Source: an uncultured Gammaproteobacteria bacterium (GTDB lineage: Bacteria > Patescibacteriota > Patescibacteriia > Magasanikbacterales > UBA922). From it: DNA of 64,000 bases. How positions within the stretch are numbered: position 1 is the first letter of the stretch; every line of letters starts with the position of its first letter. The notes below the pieces were generated by a model that did no database searches, was not told where the DNA came from, and worked only from the letters and a program-made list of their open reading frames with translations. The translations under genes and the position numbers were made by a program. Shown here one piece after another: positions 20,226-29,295 of the stretch. Where the stretch lies: positions 64,248-128,247 of the forward strand of contig CAZMHV010000004.1 in the NCBI GenBank assembly GCA_964566225.1, written 5' to 3'.

Positions 20226-20957
20226 ATGGAAAAATTTAGTACACAATTCAATGAAGCCTCAATGCAGTATTTCCGTAATCGTGATGGTAAACCAACTGAG
20301 GTTACTTTTGAGGGTGAACATTTTTTGGGCGAAGGGGGTTTTGGTAAAGTCTTTACCGTAGATGCTCGTGTTGGAAATCATAAAAAACGTTTTGTTGTGA
20401 AAAGATTTTTTGATACAGATGAAAAACCTGCAGAATACTATGCAAAAAAAGCTGTTAAAAATTATACGGTTGCACAAGATGCTGGTTTGAAAGTGTTCCC
20501 CACATATCGTTTGGGTGAAGATAATAGTATTTTGATGACATCAGGGCATTCGTATGACTGGATTTGTGTTGGTACCAATGAAAAGACTTCGAGTATTGAA
20601 AATTTTGGTAAGAATAAAATAAAAGAAGTAGAAAATTTTGAAGATTTTGTGAAATCAGTTTTTGAGCATACTCGTAAAGCTGCCGAAGCAGGGATCAGTA
20701 TTTATGAAGATGGGTATTTCTTTTTTGTAAATACACAAAATAATGAAATAGATTTTATTGTAGGTGATCTTGATAATGTAACAAAAAAAGAAAGCATATC
20801 ATTTGATACACTCTATCGGTATAATATCCGTCAAGCAGCAGAGGCTTTGTTTGCTTTTTTTCATTCAAATGTGGAGCTAACAAATCAACACTATCTTGAA
20901 AAGGTCCAACATTATTATTTTGAATTGAATGAATCTTTGAAAAAAAGAGCTGCTTAA
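20226..20957 (+). CDS. Atypical protein-kinase-fold protein ending -KRAA
   Basis: LGEGGFGKV Gly loop, VVKR Lys, GDLD in DFG-like position; no canonical HRD. Confidence 0.6.
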   Translation: MEKFSTQFNEASMQYFRNRDGKPTEVTFEGEHFLGEGGFGKVFTVDARVGNHKKRFVVKRFFDTDEKPAEYYAKKAVKNYTVAQDAGLKVFPTYRLGEDNSILMTSGHSYDWICVGTNEKTSSIENFGKNKIKEVENFEDFVKSVFEHTRKAAEAGISIYEDGYFFFVNTQNNEIDFIVGDLDNVTKKESISFDTLYRYNIRQAAEALFAFFHSNVELTNQHYLEKVQHYYFELNESLKKRAA

Positions 20958-20992
20958 AATTTTGACCAGGCGCTCAAAATTGATGAAGAATT

Positions 20993-21793
20993 TTATTCCA
21001 CTTTGGTAAGTAACCATTCTTTTCCTTGTTCGCCACCATACTTGAGTACGTTTTGTTTCCAAGTTTGGTATGGGGTGTACTCAGAGGTTGTGTTCAGTGA
21101 CTGAAGAGTGTGTGGTGCACCATATGCTGCCAACAAAGCTGCGCTTACTGTTTTTGGTGAGGTAAAAAGTGGGTGCCCTGTGTCACGAATGATTTCAAAT
21201 AAAGGATACGAAGAAGAAAAATTTTGGAGAATCTGTAGGTAAACATCTATGGGTGCATCAAGACCTGCTTCATATGGTCGACTAAAGGACTCATTTCCTG
21301 CATGTACTTCGTGGAGCGCTTCGCCAAATGCGTCAAATTTATCAAAATATTTTACTACAACGGCTTCAACATCATTCACATCAAGATTTTGATATCGTTG
21401 TAATAATTGGGTGTAATTATAATTTCCAATCATTTTGGGGAACATGGCGGATACTTGGTCAATGGCGCGTTGTTCTTTGGCATGAAGATCTTTCATTTGC
21501 TCGGCTGAGTATTTGAGTTTTTCTGCGAGCATAATATCACCAAGTGCAATTTCTAAATCATCATGAATAAGAGCCATGAGTTGTGCTACTTCGGTATTAA
21601 ATTTTGGATACGCCATTTTTACAAAAGGGCCTACTTCTTCAATCATCCACGCCAAACGATGTGAATGCTGCCACAAATTGGAGCGATACATCATGACTGG
21701 AAATCGGTGGTATCGAATAATTTTTTGTAGGGCTTCTTTGCGTCCTTTGAAGTTTATGTCAATCATATCTTGATAGAGTAAACTATCGGGCAT
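20993..21793 (-). CDS. HD-domain hydrolase (YfbR-like 5'-deoxynucleotidase)
   Basis: WQHSH, ALIHDDLE…GD and VKYFDK motifs. Confidence 0.8.
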   Translation of the reverse strand: MPDSLLYQDMIDINFKGRKEALQKIIRYHRFPVMMYRSNLWQHSHRLAWMIEEVGPFVKMAYPKFNTEVAQLMALIHDDLEIALGDIMLAEKLKYSAEQMKDLHAKEQRAIDQVSAMFPKMIGNYNYTQLLQRYQNLDVNDVEAVVVKYFDKFDAFGEALHEVHAGNESFSRPYEAGLDAPIDVYLQILQNFSSSYPLFEIIRDTGHPLFTSPKTVSAALLAAYGAPHTLQSLNTTSEYTPYQTWKQNVLKYGGEQGKEWLLTKVE

Positions 21794-21850
21794 ATTTTTG
21801 CAAATAAAAAATCCCTCCACCAAAAGTGAAAGGGATTTTCTTAAAAACAT

Positions 21851-22801
21851 CTATTTTAGTTCCAATTTTTTTCCATAGGCTTTTTCGTAGCGTTCCGCAA
21901 ATTCATCTCGTGTAAACTTGTGATTTTGTGTGCCATACTGCTCAACCGTATAGGTTGCTGCGACACTTCCTACGCGTCCACAGGTTTCCATGTCGAGACC
22001 CTGTACATACGCTGTAAAAAATCCTGCGCGGTATGAGTCTCCGGCGCCAGTCGGGTCTTGTACGGCAAATGCAGGGCAAGGAGGAATTTCAAACAACTCA
22101 TCTTTACTTCGAATAAAAGAACCTTTTTCACCAAGTGTGACAATTACAAATTCTACATGGTTCAAAATTTCTTCAGTACTCCAACCAGTTTTTTGCTCAG
22201 TGAGTTTCATTTCATAGTCATTGGCAATGTAGAACTTTGCTTTCCCAATCATGGTGCGGAGTTCTTCGTCAGTAAAAGCAGTCAGTTGGTGACTTGGGTC
22301 AAATACAAATGGAATATTTTTTTCTGCACATTCATTGGCATGTGCAATCATGGCTTCTTTTTTGGTGGGTGTAATGAGGGCCAAAGAAATTTCTTCACTC
22401 ACGTCATTTACATTGAGCTCGGTTGCTTCGTCTCCAGCTCCACTATAGTACGCAATCACCTGATTGTGATCTTTGTCTGTGGTAATATGTGCCGAAGAAG
22501 TGAGTTTGCTTTTGGAAACCGGGAGGTATTTGGTGGATACTCCATGAGATTCAAGAAATTTTTTGTATTCTTCTCCATCACTTCCAATCGGGGCAAAAAT
22601 AAGTGGGTTGCCACCAAGCATTTGCATGGTGTACGCAATGTTGCCGGCGCATCCACCATAGTTTTTGCGCATTTGATCTACCACAAAACAGACATTCAAA
22701 ATATGAATTTGGTCGGGCAGAATGTGATTTTTGAAACTATCTGGAAAGTCCATGATGTAGTCGTAGGCCATGGAGCCCGAGATGAGGATGTTTGAAGGCA
22801 T
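21851..22801 (-). CDS. PfkB-family kinase, adenosine kinase-like
   Basis: SGSMAYD, GGCAGNIAY, NDYE and DPTGAGDSYRAG motifs. Confidence 0.88.
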   Translation of the reverse strand: MPSNILISGSMAYDYIMDFPDSFKNHILPDQIHILNVCFVVDQMRKNYGGCAGNIAYTMQMLGGNPLIFAPIGSDGEEYKKFLESHGVSTKYLPVSKSKLTSSAHITTDKDHNQVIAYYSGAGDEATELNVNDVSEEISLALITPTKKEAMIAHANECAEKNIPFVFDPSHQLTAFTDEELRTMIGKAKFYIANDYEMKLTEQKTGWSTEEILNHVEFVIVTLGEKGSFIRSKDELFEIPPCPAFAVQDPTGAGDSYRAGFFTAYVQGLDMETCGRVGSVAATYTVEQYGTQNHKFTRDEFAERYEKAYGKKLELK

Positions 22802-22821
22802 AGTATGACTCGTATTCCGTC

Positions 22822-22923
22822 GTGGTGTAACTTTTATTTTTTCATTTTTTGAAACGGGGTCTGCGACCGCCGCCCTCTGCGGAGGGTGGTGATCAAAAAA
22901 CGAAAAAATAAAAGTTACACCAC
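22822..22923. repeat. 102-bp element with 31-bp terminal inverted repeats (MITE/REPIN-like)
   Basis: Arms 22822-22852 and 22893-22923 match at 30/31; GC-rich hairpin core. Confidence 0.7.
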
Positions 22924-22948
22924 TCAGGAAGTTAAAAAATTTGTAAGT

Positions 22949-23635
22949 TTACTTGGTAGTTGAAGATGTTGTCTCGGGTCTACTGTTGATTACTGCTTCA
23001 ACAATAGCAGCGCTAAATCCTTCGTAACTGCCAGGAGTTTTCAAGTATTTACCATTGAGAAAAAAACTTGGTGTTGCATTGACATTGTTTTGATTTCCAC
23101 TTGCCACATCCTCTTTTATTTTGGCAGATACAGCATCACTGGTGAGGTCTGTTTTAAATTTATTTTCATCTAAACCAAGTGAGTGGGCATAGTCAATAAA
23201 TTTACTTTCTGGGTTATCAAGATTACTCCATTCGTCTTGGGTATTGAAGAGCATATCATGGTATTCCCAAAATCTTCCTTGAAGATTGGCAGCTTCAGCA
23301 GCCTTTGATGCAGCTTCAGCATTTTTGTGTAAACTGGTCAGAGGATAATTGCGATAGACGAAACGGAGTTCTTTGCCATATTCAGCAGAGAGTTTGCGCA
23401 GGGTTGGTTCTAAATTTTTGCAGGCAGGACACTGAAAGTCACTGTATTCTACCAATGTAACGGGCGCATCCATTGGACCTTTGACATGGTCGCTTGAAAC
23501 AACGGGAGTTGTGAGTTCTGCTACGGTTTCACTTACTCCTTTGGTTCCCATTTTGGCAAGTCCAAATAGAAGTGCAAAAGTTCCAAGGACAATAAGTCCA
23601 ATGGTGATGATCGGTTGTGTCTTTGTGTTCTTCAT
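22949..23635 (-). CDS. DsbA-family thiol-disulfide oxidoreductase
   Basis: N-terminal TM, EYSDFQCPAC and ATPSF cis-Pro loop. Confidence 0.9.
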   Translation of the reverse strand: MKNTKTQPIITIGLIVLGTFALLFGLAKMGTKGVSETVAELTTPVVSSDHVKGPMDAPVTLVEYSDFQCPACKNLEPTLRKLSAEYGKELRFVYRNYPLTSLHKNAEAASKAAEAANLQGRFWEYHDMLFNTQDEWSNLDNPESKFIDYAHSLGLDENKFKTDLTSDAVSAKIKEDVASGNQNNVNATPSFFLNGKYLKTPGSYEGFSAAIVEAVINSRPETTSSTTK

Positions 23636-23649
23636 ATATATATTAATAA

Positions 23650-24930
23650 TTATATTCTTTCTAATACCACTAACCCCTCGGTATGCGGTGTTCGTGGAAA
23701 AAAATTATACAGTTTCATAAAAATAATTTTGTATCCTTGACTGAGGAGTCTCAAGTCTCTCGCCTGTGTTGCAATGTCACAAGAAAGGTACAAAATACGT
23801 TTTGGTTTTTTATGGAGCAGGGTGCCCACAACTTTGTCATGCAAGCCAGCTCGTGGTGGATCCACAATTACCATCTGATCTTTTTCAATGAACTGGAGCA
23901 TTTTTTCGGCGGGGGAACAGATGGCTTCGGCATTGGCAAGATTATTGCTCGTAATATTTTGGGTAGCGTAGTCAACGGCTTCTTGGTTGCTTTCTACGAG
24001 TTTGGTAGCAATACGACTTTGGGAGAGTGGTAAACTAATAGCTCCAACACCAGAGTAAAAGTCTACCAAAGGGATATGTGGATCAAGAAATGCCGCAATA
24101 TCTTTGAGCGCTTTGGTAAAAACTGGAATGTTGATTTGAAAAAAACTTAGGAGTCCAAATTTGAGTTTGGTGCCCAAAATTGTGGCAGTCAAAGAGTCTT
24201 GTCCAACACTGTGCAGCAGTGCTGTCGGCACTGAAGCAGGGGATTTGTGTGTGGAATAATACAAGTGAAAACCTAGGAATCTTTCGGAAAGTTTTGGGTA
24301 TGAGGTAAGTTCAAGTCTGTCTTTGATAAACAGTGCTGCTATAGCCTGCCCTTCACCATTGCTACGCAAAATTAAACTTTTGAGACTGCGCAGGGGGATT
24401 TCTTCTTGCTGCACCCATGACAAAATATCTGAAGCAACTTCATTGATAATAGGTTCTGCTAATATTTCTCCAGTTACAGGAGTGAGTACTTTTTTGCCTC
24501 GTTCAAAAAAGGCAAGCGATACCAAAGGTGAGTTTGGGTCTGGTTTACAAAAACTAAACTCAATTTTATTTCGGTATCCAAGTTGGTGGTCACCTGCTTC
24601 GATGGTGAGTTCTTGTGGAGAGACAATCATGTCTCCAATTTTACTATATTGTTCGGCTGCAATATTTTTTTTCCATTCATTTTCATAGGCAAAATCCATG
24701 ATCTGCCAAGGACTTGAAGACAAAAAGTGAGCTTCTTCTGCCTTTTGACGGTGCTTGGATGGTTTCAAAATATTGACCGCTACTGCTTCTGCGTAGTCCT
24801 TTTTATTGCTTATATATTCACACTCGACTTCCTCTTCAGGAAGGGCGTTCCATACAAAAATAGCCTTGCCATTGATATGCCCAAGACCCTGGCCTCCTCC
24901 AACGAGTTTTTCAATAAAGATTTTTTCCAT
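23650..24930 (-). CDS. RNA m5U methyltransferase (TrmA/RlmD family)
   Basis: TRAM-like N terminus, YRNK, SFFQIN, DPPRAG, YLSCD and FPRTPHTE motifs. Confidence 0.9.
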   Translation of the reverse strand: MEKIFIEKLVGGGQGLGHINGKAIFVWNALPEEEVECEYISNKKDYAEAVAVNILKPSKHRQKAEEAHFLSSSPWQIMDFAYENEWKKNIAAEQYSKIGDMIVSPQELTIEAGDHQLGYRNKIEFSFCKPDPNSPLVSLAFFERGKKVLTPVTGEILAEPIINEVASDILSWVQQEEIPLRSLKSLILRSNGEGQAIAALFIKDRLELTSYPKLSERFLGFHLYYSTHKSPASVPTALLHSVGQDSLTATILGTKLKFGLLSFFQINIPVFTKALKDIAAFLDPHIPLVDFYSGVGAISLPLSQSRIATKLVESNQEAVDYATQNITSNNLANAEAICSPAEKMLQFIEKDQMVIVDPPRAGLHDKVVGTLLHKKPKRILYLSCDIATQARDLRLLSQGYKIIFMKLYNFFPRTPHTEGLVVLERI

Positions 24931-25064
24931 ACATGAGAAAATTTGAGTATGTTCTCTTTTGATACACCGACGCACCTGCGTTGTTTCTGCCAAGAGAGAG
25001 TGGGGCTATACTATCAAGGAAAAGTAAAAAAAGCAACCCCCAGCAAGAGGGTGCCAGGGGTGAG

Positions 25065-26843
25065 TTAGTCCAGAAAGAAAAGCGGAACTTTGAGATTTTT
25101 TATCTCTTCGAGTCTATAATCCAGGACTCGTTTGCCTACAAAGATTGTGGTGAGGGTGTTTTCTTTTTTGCTAATAATGTCAATGTTATCTTGCAGGAGT
25201 CCTTTGCGGCCAATATAATCAAATTCGAGAGGGGATTCTCCTTTGAGTACTCGGTGTTTGTTCATTTGTTCAAAGGCTGTTTTGGCTTGTTCTTTTACAT
25301 CTTCTGCGAGTTCTGGGGTATATTTGTCTTCCAAACAGTGAAGGAGCACAATTCTGGGTATATTGTGGTGTGATGCCCACTCAACTACGGTGCTGAGACG
25401 ATCTAAAAATGAAAAACCACGAGAAGCCAATATTACAAACGGGAGTTTTCCTGAGCCAAGTTCAAGTTGTTCTTCGTCTGCAAGTGGAGTGGCTACCTTG
25501 AGGTACTTGGCAACGAGTGGAGTAAGTGGTGGTTGTATAATAAGGGTACACAAAATAACCCACATTCCCAAGGGAACCAAAGCCTCACTGCCTGGGATTC
25601 CAAGACTGACCAAGGTGACAAGCAGTACTGCTGGTATAGCACCTGTTTCACGAACAAAAGAAATAAACAACAGGTCAGTGAATGGCATTTTTTGGTTTTT
25701 GAACAATAAAAATGGAGTCAGAGAAATAAAAACACTTATTGGACGAATAAGAAACATGAAAGTAAACGCACATACAATCCCAAGGGGTGCATAGTGGATC
25801 ATGGATTCAATATTTACAATTGCTCCAAGAAGTATAAAAATGATTGGCTTCATAAACCCTTCAATCATGTGATTGAAGAATTGTTCGGTTTCTTGTAAGT
25901 GTTTGGATACCAAAAACAGAAGTCCTGCGACAAATGCTGCCAGGTATCCACTTCCGTGAAAGGCTGCTGCCAAGGCAAAAATACTCAGCGGAACAAAAAG
26001 AAAAAATGCTGCGTCTACTTCAGCTTCGTCTTTGCGTTGTTTGGTAAATCGAGTTAAAAATGTGAGTAAAAAAGACCCGAGCACACCAAAGACAACACCA
26101 AAAGCAATTTCTTCAAGGAGTAAGAGTCCACTCTGCTTATTGAAAAGTTGGCTATATGCAGAGACAACCGAAGGAAATGTTGCGTGTGCAGTAAGGGTAA
26201 GAAATACAAGAGTCAACAGTGTTCCTGTGACGTCTGTTACTGCACTTTCGGAGATAATGATATCTTTGGTTTCACGTTTGTGAAACCGAAGACGTTTGAG
26301 CACTGGTATAATAGCAGCAGGGTCCGTTGATGCCAAAATTGCCCCAAGCAAGATACTCACGGTAAGCGGAAGTGAAATGTGAAAAGCAAAAGCAAATTGA
26401 TTGGTGATTATTGAAAATAAAAATGCAGTAATAACTAAACCAATAAATGAAAGGGATAAAATTTTTGGGAGGAGTTTTTTGAAGCTTTGGAACGGTGTTT
26501 CAAGCCCACCACTAAATAATATGAGTGTTGCCCCAATACCAACAATAATGCCGAGAGTTTCTTTGTTTTGTGTCAGTGGTTCGAGCAGTGGTGCTGCCGC
26601 AAGACCAAAAAAAATCGCACCAACAAAAGAGGGAAATACGGTTTTATTTGAAAGATGGTGAACCGTAAAACTCAAAATAAATAAAGCAGAGATACTAAAA
26701 AATGTTAGCAGGGTGGTATCTTGCTGTGTGGTAAAAATATGTAAAATATTTTTGGAAAAGTGTGAGAAAATGAGTGTTATACCAATCCCTAGAACAAAGA
26801 GGATATATGGGGATATGCGTTCTTTGAGGTTCATATATTTCAT
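25065..26843 (-). CDS. CPA1 cation:proton antiporter with C-terminal soluble domain
   Basis: Many TM helices; ASTDPAA and SESAVTD motifs. Confidence 0.88.
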   Translation of the reverse strand: MKYMNLKERISPYILFVLGIGITLIFSHFSKNILHIFTTQQDTTLLTFFSISALFILSFTVHHLSNKTVFPSFVGAIFFGLAAAPLLEPLTQNKETLGIIVGIGATLILFSGGLETPFQSFKKLLPKILSLSFIGLVITAFLFSIITNQFAFAFHISLPLTVSILLGAILASTDPAAIIPVLKRLRFHKRETKDIIISESAVTDVTGTLLTLVFLTLTAHATFPSVVSAYSQLFNKQSGLLLLEEIAFGVVFGVLGSFLLTFLTRFTKQRKDEAEVDAAFFLFVPLSIFALAAAFHGSGYLAAFVAGLLFLVSKHLQETEQFFNHMIEGFMKPIIFILLGAIVNIESMIHYAPLGIVCAFTFMFLIRPISVFISLTPFLLFKNQKMPFTDLLFISFVRETGAIPAVLLVTLVSLGIPGSEALVPLGMWVILCTLIIQPPLTPLVAKYLKVATPLADEEQLELGSGKLPFVILASRGFSFLDRLSTVVEWASHHNIPRIVLLHCLEDKYTPELAEDVKEQAKTAFEQMNKHRVLKGESPLEFDYIGRKGLLQDNIDIISKKENTLTTIFVGKRVLDYRLEEIKNLKVPLFFLD

Positions 26844-26911
26844 AAAGTAGAATCAAGAATTTCTTATTGTAGGCGCTTTTGTAAAAAAAACAAGATCAAA
26901 GAAATTTGCCT

Positions 26912-27748
26912 CTAAGAATGTTTGGGAGAGGATAAAAATTTCATACATTCTGCTCCCAAGAAGATTGTTTGTGAAGAGTAGTACACCCAAAGGAGCATTG
27001 CAATAAGAGAACTGGCTGCTCCGTACAGAGAGTCAATTTGTATAAAGTTAAAATATATTTGAAGTAAATATTTACCAATTTCAAATAAAAGAGTAGTACA
27101 TAAACTTCCGAAAAAAGCTTGTTTCCACGGGGTATGTGTTTGGGGTAAAAACTTAAATGTAAGTGTTATTCCAATGAAAAATGTAAATAAACTAAAACCA
27201 AAACTGAGAAATGAAAAAAGTTCGTAAGGAATATGAATGTTATTTATTTGGTAAGCTGCAATAGACGAAAAAATACTTTGTAGAAGTGTACTCGCAATAA
27301 AAAATACACAGAGCAGCCCTACCATAGACATAAGACCGATTTGGTTGAAAAGAAATTTAAAAAAATTTTGTTTTTTTATGTGTACACCAAGTATAGTATT
27401 GAGAGAATCTTGGAGTTGCCAAAAAACTCCACTGCCAAGAAGAAAAAGAAACAAGAGATTAAAGATGGTATGGAAGTTAAGTGTTGGTGTGTAGAGTGTT
27501 TTTTGGAGAGCAAAGTTGATAACAGACTCAACTCGTTCACCAAAAAGAAAAGTCGTAGCGTCAAGAAGATTTTTTTGTAGAGTAATAGGATCAAAAACAA
27601 AATGAGCAAGAGTGGTACATGCCAAGAAGAGTGGGGGAAGTGCAATAATGGTATAAAAAGAAAGCGCTGCACCTTCTTTGAGACATCCATGCGTGTACCA
27701 AGAAAAAAGAAGTCTTTTTAGAAGTGACTTGGGTTGAAGTGCAGGCAT
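26912..27748 (-). CDS. YihY/BrkB family membrane protein
   Basis: AALSFYT and LYGAASSLIAMLLWVYYSSQTIFLGAE motifs. Confidence 0.88.
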   Translation of the reverse strand: MPALQPKSLLKRLLFSWYTHGCLKEGAALSFYTIIALPPLFLACTTLAHFVFDPITLQKNLLDATTFLFGERVESVINFALQKTLYTPTLNFHTIFNLLFLFLLGSGVFWQLQDSLNTILGVHIKKQNFFKFLFNQIGLMSMVGLLCVFFIASTLLQSIFSSIAAYQINNIHIPYELFSFLSFGFSLFTFFIGITLTFKFLPQTHTPWKQAFFGSLCTTLLFEIGKYLLQIYFNFIQIDSLYGAASSLIAMLLWVYYSSQTIFLGAECMKFLSSPKHS

Positions 27749-27767
27749 ATCAATCTCGAAGTTTGTT

Positions 27768-28892
27768 TTACTGAGACCACTGAGAAATAATATATTTGAT
27801 ATCACTTGCGTCGACAACAAGCACTCCAATTTTTTCAATATTTTTTTCTAAGTTTTCTCGTTGTGTGATGAGCGTAGCCGCAGGGTGAGGAAGTTGGCGG
27901 ATAATTTTTTTGTCGATAGTTTGAATTTTTTTCCAAAGTGCTGCGAGTTCTGGGTGAGCTGCTGCTGCCGCATGGTGGAGTAAGAGGGGAATAGATTCGT
28001 GAACGTGAGAAACTCGAATCAGTGATGCGGCTTCGTCAAGTGCATCGAGGGCTTTGTCTGGTTGAGTTCTGTTTTTGATAAATTTGTTGGAGTAGTAAAT
28101 TGCTGCTTCGAGTGCTGCATCGGTAAATTCTACTTTGTGGTACTCTCGGTATTTGTCCTTGAGTCCTTGGAGAATTTCGAGGGTATCAACATCGTTTGGT
28201 TCTTCAACTTCGACAAGCTGAAAACGGCGTTCCAGTGCTGGATCTGTCTGGATGTATTTTTTGTATTCTGCGAGCGTTGTCGCTCCAATCATTTGTAAAT
28301 CTCCTCGTGCCAATGCAGGTTTGAGGATATCAGAGAAGTTGAGTGAACCCTCGGATCCTTGTGATTGTATGACTGAGTGAACTTCGTCAACAAAAAGAAT
28401 AATAGAACGCTGTGACGCTGTAATATCGTCAACCAATTGTTTGGCACGTTCTTCAAATTCTCCTCGGTATTTGGTACCCGAAAGAAGGTTGGCGACGTCA
28501 AGAGAAAGGACACGTTTATTTTTGAGTGTTTCAGGGACAAGGTTATTGATAATTCTTTGAGCGAGTCCTTCTACAATCGCTGTTTTGCCGACTCCTGGGG
28601 CACCTACTACCAAAGCATTGTTTTTGTTTCTTCGAGAGAGGACTTGTGCGAGACGCAAAACTTCGTCATGTCGGCCTATAATTGGGTCAATCTTTCCCGC
28701 ACGAGCCATTTCTGTAAAGTCAATGGTAAATGCGTTGAGCGTTGGTGTAGAGTTTGTATTGGGTTTAAATGAGTGCGGTTCTGAACCTGTGGGAGATTTT
28801 TTGTCTTTTGTATGCATGGAAAAAAATAAGAGTACTCCAACAAGAGAAAGTACTGAGACTTGTCCAGGAAAGGTTTGCAAAAATTCGAGCAT
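27768..28892 (-). CDS. ClpA/B-like ATPase, NBD1 only, with N-terminal hydrophobic helix
   Basis: IDPIIGR, GAPGVGKT, GTKYRGEFEER, DPALERRF and PDKALD; ends without NBD2. Confidence 0.85.
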   Translation of the reverse strand: MLEFLQTFPGQVSVLSLVGVLLFFSMHTKDKKSPTGSEPHSFKPNTNSTPTLNAFTIDFTEMARAGKIDPIIGRHDEVLRLAQVLSRRNKNNALVVGAPGVGKTAIVEGLAQRIINNLVPETLKNKRVLSLDVANLLSGTKYRGEFEERAKQLVDDITASQRSIILFVDEVHSVIQSQGSEGSLNFSDILKPALARGDLQMIGATTLAEYKKYIQTDPALERRFQLVEVEEPNDVDTLEILQGLKDKYREYHKVEFTDAALEAAIYYSNKFIKNRTQPDKALDALDEAASLIRVSHVHESIPLLLHHAAAAAHPELAALWKKIQTIDKKIIRQLPHPAATLITQRENLEKNIEKIGVLVVDASDIKYIISQWSQ

Positions 28893-29034
28893 ACAAAAGA
28901 TTATTTTGTCTCTAGTATACATCATTTTTAATATTTTGAAAATTTTTAGAGGAATATTTTTTTACATTGACATTTTTTGGTTTTTGTGGTAGGGTATATT
29001 CATACATTTCCTACATGTAGGATTAAAAAATACT

Positions 29035-29280
29035 ATGATAAAAAAGAATGTAACTGAAGAATTTTATGGCACAACCACCCTTGGTGAAAAGGGCCAGGTG
29101 GTAATTCCAGCCGAAGCCAGAGAGGCCATGAAGCTCAAAAAGGGTGAAAAACTTTTGGTGTTTGGATTTGGCTGTGAAATGATTGCCTTTGCCAAGGTAT
29201 CGGACTTAAAGAAATTTGCAACTCACTTATCAAAACAATTGGAAAGTTTGCAAACTATTATTCAAAAAAATAGCAGATAA
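29035..29280 (+). CDS. AbrB/MazE/SpoVT-type DNA-binding protein
   Basis: GEKGQVVIPAEARE motif. Confidence 0.88.
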   Translation: MIKKNVTEEFYGTTTLGEKGQVVIPAEAREAMKLKKGEKLLVFGFGCEMIAFAKVSDLKKFATHLSKQLESLQTIIQKNSR

Positions 29281-29295
29281 CTAAAAATATTTTGT

